Virus record (IMG/VR): IMGVR_UViG_3300018494_000099
Length of the DNA stretch: 62,129 bases
Direction: 5' to 3' (one strand)
Source of the DNA: an uncultured virus (IMG/VR IMGVR_UViG_3300018494_000099)
Lineage: Duplodnaviria > Heunggongvirae > Uroviricota > Caudoviricetes
Shown: piece by piece, positions 19,323-29,625 of the stretch
How positions within the stretch are numbered: position 1 is the first letter of the stretch
How the letters are laid out: each line of letters starts with the position of its first letter
The notes under the pieces: generated by a model
Databases searched by the model: none
What the model saw: the letters and a program-made list of their open reading frames with translations, nothing else
What the model was told of the DNA's origin: nothing
Program-made: the position numbers and the translations under genes

Positions 19323-20648
19323 TTAGTCAACGATGCGACCAGCAACAAGGAGGTTCTCGTTAAGGAGTGCCTTAGCATACCAGGTGCTGAAGCCTTGTGC
19401 AAGACCACCATCAGGAGTACCAAGAAGCTGAGTAGGAACGATTGCCATGTAAGGTGCGTAAACACCAGCAGAAGACATCATATCGTTACCGTTGAGACCA
19501 AGGAAGAACTCACCGCTCTTGAGCATAGGAGATACATAAACTGCAAGACCGTCAAGCTCACCAACCTTGTAAGGACCATTCATCTTAGCGTTCTTAACTG
19601 CAGTGAAGCCGTTAACGAAACGAAGAACAGGAAGAACGTCAGAAGCGATTACCATGTAGTTGGGGTGGAACTTCTTAGTTCTATTGTAGATGATAGCCTT
19701 AGCCATTTCAACAACCTCAAGGAAGCCATTGTAGTGCTCGAACTTAGAAACGCCTGCAGGAAGAGTCTTAGACCAGTCAGCAAGCTTTTCTTTCTGTGCA
19801 AAAGCAGCAGTGTAAAGCATGTCTACGATCTCGGTGTCGATTTCGTATGCAAGCTCGCCGCAAGCCTGCTCAGCGATCTGCTTGTCAAGAGAGAAGCCGT
19901 AGTCAGTCTTAGCCTGGAAAGCAGTGATCTGGTCATAACGAACAGCGATTCTACGAGGCTCAGCTACAAGAGGAATGTGCTCCATCTTAGGACCGATAGT
20001 AGGAATCTTAGTTGCAGGAACTTTCTCCATCTGGTAGTCAGCTACCTTGTAAGCAACTCTGTCACCAGCCTTAGGAGTGTAAGCGCCCTCAACGTACTCA
20101 CCGTTTACCTTGTAGGTAGCAGTCTTAGCGGTATTAGTAGCCTTGTCAAAGTACTTGAAGCCATCAGTAACAATTTCGTCAGCTGTGAAGGAAAGAGCAG
20201 CAGTCTCATCAAGAGTCTCAACAACAACTTGAGAGGTGTAGCTCATACGCATGTCGTCCATCTGACCAAGGCCGAACACGCTGTTGAGTTCAGTGTTACC
20301 ACCGATCTTCTTCTCATCAAGAGCTACATACTTAAGGTATGCAACGGAACCAGAGTAAGAAGTCATAGGATGAACGATTACAAGATCGTTAGCAATAAGG
20401 GAAGGAACTGCAATGTTAGTAAGGTTAAGGCAGAACTTCTTCCAAGCGCCAAGGCTGGAACGATCAGTAGCGTTGCCAAGAGCGCCGATGTCCATAGACT
20501 CGGTGAGCCAACGGTTAGTGTTGTCAAGAAGAACAGCAGTAGTAAGAGCGGTGTTGCTAGACATGGTCTTACCTTCAAAGTTTTTAGCTACATAAGCCTC
20601 AGCAACCTTAAGCTGACGGCTATATGTTTCAAGAAGATTTTGTCTCAT
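19323..20648 (-). CDS. Major capsid protein (T4 gp23-like)
   Basis: IANDLVIVHPMT, ELAYEIDTEIV, VGELDGLAVYVSP, GVYAPY motifs; strong codon bias; WLTES candidate maturation site near residue 51. Confidence 0.9.
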   Translation of the reverse strand: MRQNLLETYSRQLKVAEAYVAKNFEGKTMSSNTALTTAVLLDNTNRWLTESMDIGALGNATDRSSLGAWKKFCLNLTNIAVPSLIANDLVIVHPMTSYSGSVAYLKYVALDEKKIGGNTELNSVFGLGQMDDMRMSYTSQVVVETLDETAALSFTADEIVTDGFKYFDKATNTAKTATYKVNGEYVEGAYTPKAGDRVAYKVADYQMEKVPATKIPTIGPKMEHIPLVAEPRRIAVRYDQITAFQAKTDYGFSLDKQIAEQACGELAYEIDTEIVDMLYTAAFAQKEKLADWSKTLPAGVSKFEHYNGFLEVVEMAKAIIYNRTKKFHPNYMVIASDVLPVLRFVNGFTAVKNAKMNGPYKVGELDGLAVYVSPMLKSGEFFLGLNGNDMMSSAGVYAPYMAIVPTQLLGTPDGGLAQGFSTWYAKALLNENLLVAGRIVD

Positions 20649-20709
20649 AATTTTACCTCTTTTAATTTAATTTTTATTTAAAATTTTGTTTTTTTGAGCT
20701 TATAGTTTA

Positions 20710-22608
20710 TTACTTCAATCCAGCGAGCTCATAAAGGCTGGAAAGGTCGTCATCTTCGTATTCAGAAGTCTTATTTGAAACAGACTCTGTTATACGAGCA
20801 GAGACCTTAGTCCTTCCGCTGAATGGAAGTCTACTAAACGTATTAGTAGAATCAAGAATTTTGTTACAAACAGCATCAACATCTGCAAGAGTATAGCTTT
20901 CATTGAGGCGGCTTGTGATTTCAGAAGGTTTAACACCAAGCATACTTGCTTTAGACTCAATGTATTTAGTAAGAGTTTCAATAAAGCGAGCTTTATACTT
21001 CTTAGCTAAATTTGTTCTTTCTTCAAGCTTTTCAGTATACTGCTTTGTTTGACCTTCAAGTTTAGCTTCAAGAGCTTCAGATCTCTTGGTAAGTCTAGAC
21101 ACTTCTTCATTCAAGCGTCTTTCGTTAGCCTTATTACCTTCAATGCTCTCTTTTAGCTGTTGTGCCTTGTTAACTTTTTCATTTAATGCTTTTACATTGT
21201 TTTGAGCTTGTGTTAATTGCTCGGTTAGCTCTTTTACTTTAGATTGCAGCTCAGGAACTTTCGCGGCTTCCGCACTAGTTGTTCTAAATGCAGTTCTGTA
21301 CCTATTTAGTTTTTCTTGTAATTCCTTTTCTTTGGCATCGCCAACTGATTTAGCTTTACGCAAATCACTAATTTCGGTTTCCAAAGCTTCTTTCTGTCTA
21401 ATCATTTCTTTTAAGCTTTCGATTACTTCTTCATCTCCGGCATCTTCGGCTGACTGATCAGTATCTTCGGGCTCATCAGAATTTTCAACAGAAATTTCTT
21501 CGTCTTCAGATTGAGCTTCTATATTTGAATCTGTGTCATCTGAACTTATTTCAGCTTCTTCACAGTTAACACCTACTACTAAGATATTAGCGTCTTCGTC
21601 TACAAAAGTTTCAAGTTTGTCGATATTATATTCCTTACCATCTATTTCAATGGGTTCAAACTGCACTTCTGTATTATCATCGTACTCTTGTAGCTGCTCG
21701 ATAGCGTCAGCAACAGTATTTACTGTAACTTCTTCAGCACTATCAACATCTACAATAACCTCTTCTGGTTCTTCAGTAGCTTCTTCAGGAACCTCTTCGA
21801 TAACTTCTGATTCTGTGGTGTCTTCGGACTCGGCTTCTATCTCATCAGAGGTTTCTTCCTCATCCTCGGCCTCAGCGTCTTCAGTTAAAAGATTAGGGTC
21901 TTCTTCAGGGTCCCAGGGAATCTCGTCCACAGATAGTCTCTTTTCAACAAGTTCTTCCTTAGCTTCCTCAGAAGTTTCAATATCGATAGCTAAGTTTTCA
22001 AGAGTTTCTTTCATAATTGCTTTATCCTCTTCACTGGCCTTATTTATAGACTCAGTAAGAGCCTTTTTAAGATTAACTGCGTTTTTATCTAAAGATTCAC
22101 ACATTACGCCTCTAGCTCTTTTTACTGCTGGAATTGCAACGCAATCGAAGGTCTCTAGATAGAAGGTATCAGGATCAACGTCGTTATTTGGCATTACATC
22201 ACCAGAACCTCTGGAAGAAACACCGGGAACAAATCCATAATCACAAAGTGTTTTCAGAATTCTACCATTTGGTGTATCTAGAATATCAACGCAAGCACAA
22301 AGGTCGCCATCAATAATCTTAGGCATTTCAGGAATACAGGCACATACCTTAGACATATCCGTCTCTTCTCTATCCTGTGGGTGGCCAAGTTCAAGGAACA
22401 AGCATTTATTAGCAATTTTCTCGTGGAAGAGCTCATCATTTAATGCTTTTTCCCAAAGCTCTCTATTATAACGTCTACCGTTACGAGTACTCTCGTTACA
22501 GGTTGCAATAGGACCGTACCATCTACCTAAAATATGACGACTAGCCTTTTCTTCTTCTGTAAGAGGCTGCATTTTTAATGCCTCTAGTATTTCATTACTT
22601 TTAGTCAT
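20710..22608 (-). CDS. Prohead protease (T4 gp21-like) fused to acidic and coiled-coil scaffold region
   Basis: TRNGRRY, ELGHP, ILDTPNGRIL, GVSSRGSG, FDCVAIP in the N-terminal ~170 aa; long acidic then coiled-coil C-terminus. Confidence 0.85.
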   Translation of the reverse strand: MTKSNEILEALKMQPLTEEEKASRHILGRWYGPIATCNESTRNGRRYNRELWEKALNDELFHEKIANKCLFLELGHPQDREETDMSKVCACIPEMPKIIDGDLCACVDILDTPNGRILKTLCDYGFVPGVSSRGSGDVMPNNDVDPDTFYLETFDCVAIPAVKRARGVMCESLDKNAVNLKKALTESINKASEEDKAIMKETLENLAIDIETSEEAKEELVEKRLSVDEIPWDPEEDPNLLTEDAEAEDEEETSDEIEAESEDTTESEVIEEVPEEATEEPEEVIVDVDSAEEVTVNTVADAIEQLQEYDDNTEVQFEPIEIDGKEYNIDKLETFVDEDANILVVGVNCEEAEISSDDTDSNIEAQSEDEEISVENSDEPEDTDQSAEDAGDEEVIESLKEMIRQKEALETEISDLRKAKSVGDAKEKELQEKLNRYRTAFRTTSAEAAKVPELQSKVKELTEQLTQAQNNVKALNEKVNKAQQLKESIEGNKANERRLNEEVSRLTKRSEALEAKLEGQTKQYTEKLEERTNLAKKYKARFIETLTKYIESKASMLGVKPSEITSRLNESYTLADVDAVCNKILDSTNTFSRLPFSGRTKVSARITESVSNKTSEYEDDDLSSLYELAGLK

Positions 22609-22654
22609 TTTTATTTTTACTTAGCCTCCTTTTCATAGAAGTTTTTAATCTAAA

Positions 22655-22663
22655 TAATTTAGC
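22655..22663 (-). promoter_or_regulatory. Late-promoter-like motif GCTAAATTA upstream of protease/capsid operon
   Basis: Recurrent intergenic motif. Confidence 0.7.
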
Positions 22664-22688
22664 TAATAATTTATCAACTTATTAAAAA

Positions 22689-23024
22689 TTATTCAGCAGG
22701 ATCTTCTACAGGAGTTTCGTCGTCAACAACAGGCTCTTCTACTACCGGCTCTTCATTTACAGCCTCAGGCTCACTGCCAGCGTCAACTTCAGTTTCAACG
22801 AATACTTTATCAAAACCTGCAAAGCAGAAGTCACCTTCAGCAGGAATACCTGTCTTACTTCCGTAGAACTTGCCAGCCTTCTCATAAATAAGCTTATACT
22901 CGCCAGCGGTAGCTCTTAAAATTTCCTCTGCATCTGCAAAAGCGCCAGTCTTAGAAGCATAGAAAATGTGCTCACCATTAACAGCCTTGTCATAAATTAC
23001 CTTATAACCATTTTTTAGTTCCAT
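22689..23024 (-). CDS. Hypothetical late protein with internal duplication and acidic tail
   Basis: YKVIYDKA..FYASKTG / YKLIYEKA..FYGSKTG; AAGGAG RBS. Confidence 0.65.
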   Translation of the reverse strand: MELKNGYKVIYDKAVNGEHIFYASKTGAFADAEEILRATAGEYKLIYEKAGKFYGSKTGIPAEGDFCFAGFDKVFVETEVDAGSEPEAVNEEPVVEEPVVDDETPVEDPAE

Positions 23025-23087
23025 TATAGTTATCTCCTTAGTTTTGTAATAAATCGATTTTGTATTTTAGACTGTTGTCTAATCAAA

Positions 23088-23096
23088 TAATTTAGC
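23088..23096 (-). promoter_or_regulatory. Late-promoter-like motif GCTAAATTA
   Basis: Recurrent intergenic motif. Confidence 0.7.
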
Positions 23097-23196
23097 TAAT
23101 TATTTTTTAGCAGTTAAAGTTTATTGCGTTGCAGTTATAAAAATAAAAAAATTAAACCGTGGTCTAATAAAACCACAGTTTAATCTAAAGTATATT

Positions 23197-23670
23197 TTAT
23201 ACTAAAGCTTCTCTACGACCGCTGATGTGCTCAAGCACAAGTAAATCGGTTTTAATTAGCTTAAGAAGCGCTAGACACTGATCCATGAGCCCGGTAGCAT
23301 AGTAGCTATTAAGCACCCTAGTAATTTCTTCAGCTCGTACTTCACGCTGAAAGATTTCTTTGTTCGTGGGAAGCTTCTTACTATATAAAGTAATTTGTAC
23401 TAGTAAGCAAGCTAGGGTAGTAATAACTTCTTCGGGGTCTGAAACTTCTTTTACAATATTATGATATAAGGGCGATTTCTTATCGTTGTGCTTTTTTCTA
23501 AGCATTTCGTAGAAATTGGCTACCTCAATGCCTTTATTATCCAGAATAAACTTTAATACTTCGTGAGAGACTTCTTTTGAAGTGATAAGCTTTTTCATTA
23601 TAGGGTTAATATCTAAACCTCTGTCTTCAAGTGCGACCAAAACTGTCATTAAGTCTGATTTATTTATCAT
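23197..23670 (-). CDS. Hypothetical helical protein after portal
   Basis: 157 aa ORF with AAAGGT RBS. Confidence 0.6.
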   Translation of the reverse strand: MINKSDLMTVLVALEDRGLDINPIMKKLITSKEVSHEVLKFILDNKGIEVANFYEMLRKKHNDKKSPLYHNIVKEVSDPEEVITTLACLLVQITLYSKKLPTNKEIFQREVRAEEITRVLNSYYATGLMDQCLALLKLIKTDLLVLEHISGRREALV

Positions 23671-23696
23671 TTTGTTTTACCTTTCAAAATTAACTA

Positions 23697-25655
23697 TCAA
23701 TTATTTTCTGAAAAATCTTTTTCTGCATCTAATTCAACAGGAGAAGGAAGGTCGTCTTCTGTCAAGATTGTTGATACTTCAGTGTTTAAAACTTCTTGAT
23801 CTTCTGTTAAGAACTCACTGCCACCGTTTGTGTTAAATGACTCAAGGTCTGCGAGTGTACCAAGGTCTAGGTCTTCAGTATCATTGGTTTCATCTGCAGG
23901 CTCACTTGGGGTTTCTGTAGCGGTGACGTCAGTTCCTTCGAGTGCTGCTTCTTCTGCAGCCTTTGCTTCAGCTTCTTCTATCGCTTTTATTTCTGCGTCA
24001 ATCTCGGTAAAGATGCTATCACCATAATTGAGTCCACCGAGCAATGTCTTAAGAATCCTTAGGCGACGAGCCTTATCTTCAATATCAGTAAACAAACCTT
24101 GAATGCTACTTATAGCGTTAATTTTATTAGATAGGTCAGACCTATAGTCAATCTCTTCTTGTGTCAGCGGCGCCTTCATTTTAAGCGTGAAGTTATTTAG
24201 ATAGCTTTTAAGACCTCTATTTAATAGAAATAGATTAATTGCATCGGTAACCATTTGAATAAGCGCGTTTTGAACTCTTTTGACGCCTTTAGCAAACTCA
24301 CTTGATATAATTGCTAGAGACGAGCCTCCATTAAATCCTGCTGCATCGTCTGTCCATCCATAATACTGTTTGGGCACACCATATGCGGAATAAAACTTAT
24401 TATTCCAATAGTCAAGGTCAGCAAGATTTTTTACATCAACATCACCGCCTACAGCCTCTACAGTAATATTGCCTTTACCTTCATGAGTAGCAAAGTAGAT
24501 ATTATTTTCAATAGGTCCGGGGTTATTGTACTCGTTCATGGAAGTTCCGGTATTGAGCGCACTTTTTTGCTCCATCATCTCTTTTACTCTGTGTAAAGTC
24601 TGCTTTACTTGCTCTTTTGGCATGTCACCAACTTCGACACCTACCTTACGAACAATACTTGAGCGAGTAATTCTGTTTAGAAGCGCTGCCTGTTCGAGTA
24701 GTGACCTTTCTCGCCAAACTTTATAGTTGTCGTATAAAAGAGATTTACCTCTTCTAACTTTATAAATCTGACTCTTGGTGCCCTCAGGGTCTATAAATAA
24801 CTCAACAGTTTCGGGATATCTTGTGAAGTTATCTTCGAGACAGCCGTGTACAAAATCGTCTGCTTGCCAAACAATAACGTCAGCAGACTTCATTTTAAAG
24901 TTATATGTGCCAGTCATAGACTGCCCGCCAAATAAAGTAGAAGTTGCATCAAGGCCTATGTCTTCATTAGGTGTTTCTACATAACCATAAGTTTTACCGA
25001 ATTTACCTAGTTCGAACATTGTGCCTGGGTCATCTACCTGCTCCACATAGAAGCTGTATGGGTCATGATTAGCATGTAGGCGTAGTTTAACCGCCTCATC
25101 TAGCTTTTCTTCACTTGCGTAGTCTTCGTTTAGCCGACCTCGTGTAGAATTAACCATATCTACATTATCAGCTTTAAATAAATCATCGGCGTAGTCTGAT
25201 TCTCTGAATAGCCTTAAATATATATCACCATATTTGCAGATACTGTACGCCCAGCCATACATATTTTTATCGGCATTCATAACATTAAGTATGTAATTGA
25301 TAAATTTACTTGTATTTGGGTCAGTAGACTCGCACCAGATAACGTGGCCATTATCTGCAGGCTCACAGGCATTCTCTGCATAGGTTTTAAGTATTGCTGA
25401 AACGGCTGAATCTTGCGCCATAGTGTCGATAAGTTGATATATTTGGTCGCGAGAGTTAGATATACTTGTAAAATTTTCTAATTTGGCAATATCTAGCTGG
25501 CTGCTTAGCCCAGCCTCTATGATATTATCAATTAATATTTTTTTAGTATCTATATCAAGAGTAGTAGTATTATCAAGCGTTATTGGCTGTGTTTGACTTC
25601 CTATTAAGGTACTAGGGGCCTGCTTGGGTTTAACGTACTTATTTTCTTCTGCCAT
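23697..25655 (-). CDS. Portal protein (T4 gp20-like)
   Basis: KYGDIY, LLEQAALLNRITRS, VEVGDMPK, DLDYWNNKFYSAYGVPK, EFAKGVKRVQ motifs. Confidence 0.9.
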   Translation of the reverse strand: MAEENKYVKPKQAPSTLIGSQTQPITLDNTTTLDIDTKKILIDNIIEAGLSSQLDIAKLENFTSISNSRDQIYQLIDTMAQDSAVSAILKTYAENACEPADNGHVIWCESTDPNTSKFINYILNVMNADKNMYGWAYSICKYGDIYLRLFRESDYADDLFKADNVDMVNSTRGRLNEDYASEEKLDEAVKLRLHANHDPYSFYVEQVDDPGTMFELGKFGKTYGYVETPNEDIGLDATSTLFGGQSMTGTYNFKMKSADVIVWQADDFVHGCLEDNFTRYPETVELFIDPEGTKSQIYKVRRGKSLLYDNYKVWRERSLLEQAALLNRITRSSIVRKVGVEVGDMPKEQVKQTLHRVKEMMEQKSALNTGTSMNEYNNPGPIENNIYFATHEGKGNITVEAVGGDVDVKNLADLDYWNNKFYSAYGVPKQYYGWTDDAAGFNGGSSLAIISSEFAKGVKRVQNALIQMVTDAINLFLLNRGLKSYLNNFTLKMKAPLTQEEIDYRSDLSNKINAISSIQGLFTDIEDKARRLRILKTLLGGLNYGDSIFTEIDAEIKAIEEAEAKAAEEAALEGTDVTATETPSEPADETNDTEDLDLGTLADLESFNTNGGSEFLTEDQEVLNTEVSTILTEDDLPSPVELDAEKDFSENN

Positions 25656-25678
25656 AATCTATGGTCTCCTTTATAAAA

Positions 25679-27751
25679 TCATAAAATTATTATACCGTTC
25701 ATAATTTCTTGGTATGATTCATATTCTTGTTTTTTCTGATAATTTATAGCTTCGTCGGCTACTTGCGTATCCCAATAAATTTTAGTAAGCTCTTCTTGAA
25801 ATTCTGCTATTATTTGATGCTTTCTATATTCATCTGACGCCTCAGCATTAACATCTAAGGCAGTCCCTAAATTCTCGCCATAATCATAAGAATATTCTTC
25901 TGCAAACTGACTTGCGGTATAAAGTGAACCACATAATGCGTCTGCTTGGTCTTTACTTCCACTTTTCGGGTGGTCCACATGCCCATCAGATAATCTTTCT
26001 AGATTAGTTATTTCTTCTGTCAGTAGGTCACATCTGCGATATAGTGTTAAATGTCGCTCGTAGATAGCTGTTTTAAAGAAAGCATATGGCTTACACACTC
26101 TAGCAGGTCGTCCGTTTTCAGTGCCAATAGTGTCAACTCGGTCTACCGAGAGGATCTGTGTTTTAAATCCATCAGCAGTGAGTGATTGTGCCATATTAGC
26201 CGACTGATAAGTATCCATGCTTACGCATTTTATAGCAAAGCCTCTATCACGAAGCCATCTTATGAAATTTCTGGTTTTTTCAAAACTTACTTGATAGCCT
26301 TTTGGTGCTTTTACTGATACGGAAAATGCCGCCTTAAAGTCTAATTCTCTTCCTGTGTTTTCTTCGCCTACAACGCCTGGACGCTTACCTGTAATCCAAG
26401 TACCTGCAATACCAGTTTTGTCTCCTGAGAGCGACATATCTAGATGAATAAACAAAGGGCGAGCTAGATCTCTCGGGTTAATTTGAGATATATCAAAGAA
26501 ATTAGAATATTGTACTATATCGTCTGGTGCATTACCGACTTCAATAATATCTTTAATGAATGGATTTTTGTATTCATCTGTTTTTATTTGATTAAGTCTA
26601 ATACCTGAGATATATTTAGTAGAGTTAGAAGTAGAAATGCCCGCATTATCCGTTAGAGCCAGGTCTATGTTATCTTCAAAAGCTTCTCGATAAATTGGAG
26701 GAACTTTTAACATGAAGTAACCTTTTTCTCTATAAGCATTTACTTCTTCTTCGGTCGCTCCGACTGGAAGTAGTTCGTGCGCTAGGAACTTATTTCCGAC
26801 GGCAACATAAAAGCTTCCAGGGTCATCAGGTGAACCTTTATCATTCCTAACAACCCACTGAGGCTCATCAACAATGAGAGTAGTTTTACTTTCGTTTTGA
26901 CGCTTCATCTCAATATAAGATTCCATAAATGCTTGTTCAGAATCTTTTGAGGAAGCTATTATATTCATAGTTGGAAGATATGTGCCTTTACCAAAACGAG
27001 AAATCATACGGGCATCGATCTGAGAAATCATTTTCTTAAGCTTTGCTTTTTGTTTCTCTACGTTATTACCGACACCAAAGTTAACTTCATCTGAGAAGTT
27101 AGAAAATAGTGCACGACCAACTACGTGTCTATTACTAGAACCAAATACAAGCTCAATACCTTTTGGAGGTTGCCATTGTGGGTTTGTTCTGCTGGCATTC
27201 ATATTTCCACGTTCCATGAACCAGTCAGAGCTCTGTAGCAACTGCTGCATCTTGTCCCAACCAACACCTTGGGCAGCTTCCAATGTTACGTTTAACATAG
27301 AGAATGTAATTTTATCGATAGGCTGTAAGCCATAATAGGTGTATGGGTCTTTTAAACACAACATGCGATATAGTAAATATAACTGACAAACAACAGCAAT
27401 AAAAGATTTACCAAGACCGATAGAACCAGTAAGAATTACTGTGTTATATCGAGTTGTAATATTGTCTGGAAAAATTTCTTTTAGTTTCTCTATCCAGTAT
27501 GGGAAAACTGTGCATTTACGTTCTCCCGTGAATTCATCTTTGATATAAAGGCCTCGGCCTAAATATCGTTCATCAGAAATAAATGTCATTATATCTACGG
27601 GAATCTCTTCAAAGTCGGAATACTTTAATTCTTCCAACAACTCAGAAAATCCTTCTTGGGAGTATTCTTTCAGTATTTCTAGCGCAAGTACTCGTTCTTC
27701 TGGAGATAAACTGTCAAGTATTTTTAAATCTATTTCGTTTGACATCATCAA
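25679..27751 (-). CDS. Terminase large subunit
   Basis: Walker A GSIGLGKS, Walker B FSDEVN, RNase-H-like HLDMSLSGD and DHPKSGSKDQADA. Confidence 0.9.
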   Translation of the reverse strand: MMMSNEIDLKILDSLSPEERVLALEILKEYSQEGFSELLEELKYSDFEEIPVDIMTFISDERYLGRGLYIKDEFTGERKCTVFPYWIEKLKEIFPDNITTRYNTVILTGSIGLGKSFIAVVCQLYLLYRMLCLKDPYTYYGLQPIDKITFSMLNVTLEAAQGVGWDKMQQLLQSSDWFMERGNMNASRTNPQWQPPKGIELVFGSSNRHVVGRALFSNFSDEVNFGVGNNVEKQKAKLKKMISQIDARMISRFGKGTYLPTMNIIASSKDSEQAFMESYIEMKRQNESKTTLIVDEPQWVVRNDKGSPDDPGSFYVAVGNKFLAHELLPVGATEEEVNAYREKGYFMLKVPPIYREAFEDNIDLALTDNAGISTSNSTKYISGIRLNQIKTDEYKNPFIKDIIEVGNAPDDIVQYSNFFDISQINPRDLARPLFIHLDMSLSGDKTGIAGTWITGKRPGVVGEENTGRELDFKAAFSVSVKAPKGYQVSFEKTRNFIRWLRDRGFAIKCVSMDTYQSANMAQSLTADGFKTQILSVDRVDTIGTENGRPARVCKPYAFFKTAIYERHLTLYRRCDLLTEEITNLERLSDGHVDHPKSGSKDQADALCGSLYTASQFAEEYSYDYGENLGTALDVNAEASDEYRKHQIIAEFQEELTKIYWDTQVADEAINYQKKQEYESYQEIMNGIIIL

Positions 27752-27785
27752 TTCGAAAAATCTCCTATATATTTCTATACTATAT

Positions 27786-27796
27786 ATTATACGATA
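27786..27796 (-). promoter_or_regulatory. Second promoter class TATCGTATAAT (contains sigma-70-type -10 box)
   Basis: Same motif at 47199, 48294, 49776, 52526, 54211 and (variant) 60864. Confidence 0.6.
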
Positions 27797-28693
27797 TTAT
27801 TTTTTATCTTCTATTTCCTCAACAGGCTCTTCAGAAGCTTCATCAGGCTCTTCCTTGTTTTTCTTATCACCGGGGCCTGTACTAGTGACAGGATTTTTAT
27901 TGGAGCCTTTTTTAAACTTACCTCTATTACGGGCCCAGTCATTAACAACGTCGATAAGGTCTTTACCAGACTCAAGATCTTCATTATCTTCTACAATACC
28001 ATTTTGATCGGCTTCGTCTGCAGGAACACCATAAAGCTTAGGAAAAACGAGTTTTAGAAAAGCATCAGGTTTTTTCTCAGACAGATAATGACAGTAGTTA
28101 TTTATTACTGATGCTACTTTCATCATCCAGCTTCCATTTGACAATACACATAAAACATGCTTACAGCCTCTGCCCTTATCATCATTTGGGTTGACTATTC
28201 CTTTTCCAGGTCCAGGATCCTTTGAAGAGTCATCTACGGATACATTAGCAACTATTAAGTGGTGGGCGAATCTATACTTAAAATCAGGGCAAGTGCATTT
28301 TACGTAGACGTCAGAAGTGTTAAAAACTTTAGTCAATGCTTGAATAATTGCTTTAAACTCAAATTTATTTTGATTATTTTTAATATTTTTCTGAAGTTCA
28401 GCTACAACGCCCTCAAGCTTTATTGTAACAGTATACTCATCAGTTTCGCCGACTACTGGAATGTTTACCTTAAGTATATCACTTTTCCAGAAATCATTCA
28501 TGTTAATTTCGTTATAAGATTTTACGGCGTTAGCTACTTTAGAATACTTCTTGCGCTCCATGCGTGTTTTGCCACGAGAGATATCCTTATATCGTCCAAC
28601 ATTTCTAGACTGAGCTATAAGTTGATTTCTTGTAGCTTCATCCAGCTTATATAATTCTATTAAGCATTGCTCCTGTAGAGTTTGCCTTTTCAT
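27797..28693 (-). CDS. SWIM-type Zn-finger protein (likely start MKRQ at 28693 rather than 28768)
   Basis: VKCTCPDF...GCKHVLCVL; AAAGGA RBS and late motif (28727) lie just upstream of 28693. Confidence 0.65.
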   Translation of the reverse strand: MKRQTLQEQCLIELYKLDEATRNQLIAQSRNVGRYKDISRGKTRMERKKYSKVANAVKSYNEINMNDFWKSDILKVNIPVVGETDEYTVTIKLEGVVAELQKNIKNNQNKFEFKAIIQALTKVFNTSDVYVKCTCPDFKYRFAHHLIVANVSVDDSSKDPGPGKGIVNPNDDKGRGCKHVLCVLSNGSWMMKVASVINNYCHYLSEKKPDAFLKLVFPKLYGVPADEADQNGIVEDNEDLESGKDLIDVVNDWARNRGKFKKGSNKNPVTSTGPGDKKNKEEPDEASEEPVEEIEDKK

Positions 28694-28726
28694 ATAGCTC
28701 TTTGTCCTTTCAAGTTTGTTTACGTA

Positions 28727-28735
28727 TAATTTAGC
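28727..28735 (-). promoter_or_regulatory. Late-promoter-like motif GCTAAATTA
   Basis: Recurrent motif. Confidence 0.65.
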
Positions 28736-28743
28736 AAATGCTT

Positions 28744-29550
28744 TTATACTCCGAGAAGTTTTGACCAAGTCTTAGCTCCGCAGCAGCCATCTACGATAAG
28801 TTCTTTATCTTTTTGAAAACTTTTTAATGCTTGAACCGTATTATTACCAAAGTCGCCATCAGCTCCGGCCTTACCGCAGGAGTAGCCATATCCGATAAGT
28901 AAGGTTTGTAGAGCTTTAACAGTATCGCTTTTCATATTTAAAAATAGTAAAGGTAATTCAACTTTCATAGTCTTATTACTTATATTAAAATATTTTGCAA
29001 TAACATTGGCTTCAGCTTTAGCCAGGTTCTCAAGGTTTGAATCTACCATTAGCCATTTTGTGGCTTTCGTATTTGTATGAAAGCTGTGCTCCAGTATTAT
29101 TCCGGGTACACCCACAGAAACTGCTCCGTTAATAACACTATAATAATCCCAATTACCTTTTTCTGATTTTTTTGAAACAGCTCGTCCACTTTGTTTAGTT
29201 TCCATTACTTGCTCAATACATCTCGCTAATTCCGCACCGAGTTTATCAGCACTTCCATTAATAGGTACGAAAGCTACCGGATAGTCTACAGATTCTTTAG
29301 TTGCTGCGTTGGAATGAATAGATAGAAATAAATCACAGCCTTTGGCTGTTTTACCTCTTGCAGTTAATTTCATATCATTTTTCTGCTTTGTACGAGTTGT
29401 AGTTACTTCAATACCATAGGCTTCTAAATATTTCTTTAACTTTAGGTGTAGCTTCCAAGCCATATCTGACTCATAGTATTTTGAATTAACTGGGCTTTGG
29501 TTATATTTACCATAGTGACCAGCATCTAAACAGACTTTTATTTTTGTCAT
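28744..29550 (-). CDS. N-acetylmuramoyl-L-alanine amidase (Amidase_3) endolysin with C-terminal peptidoglycan-binding domain
   Basis: LDAGH, YYE, LSIHSNA, IILEHSFH Zn motifs; VKALQTLL..DGDFGNNT..FQ..DGCCG..TW PG_binding_1; RBS favours start MTKIK at 29550. Confidence 0.9.
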   Translation of the reverse strand: MTKIKVCLDAGHYGKYNQSPVNSKYYESDMAWKLHLKLKKYLEAYGIEVTTTRTKQKNDMKLTARGKTAKGCDLFLSIHSNAATKESVDYPVAFVPINGSADKLGAELARCIEQVMETKQSGRAVSKKSEKGNWDYYSVINGAVSVGVPGIILEHSFHTNTKATKWLMVDSNLENLAKAEANVIAKYFNISNKTMKVELPLLFLNMKSDTVKALQTLLIGYGYSCGKAGADGDFGNNTVQALKSFQKDKELIVDGCCGAKTWSKLLGV

Positions 29551-29625
29551 TATATCACATCTCCTTTTATAAAAGAAAATACCTGATCCCATTTTTATGA
29601 GATCAGATACTTTAATTATTTAATT

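Noticed and set aside
19395..20681. 428 aa plus-strand ORF
   Set aside because: Antisense shadow of the major capsid gene, explained by strong codon bias; no recognisable motifs.
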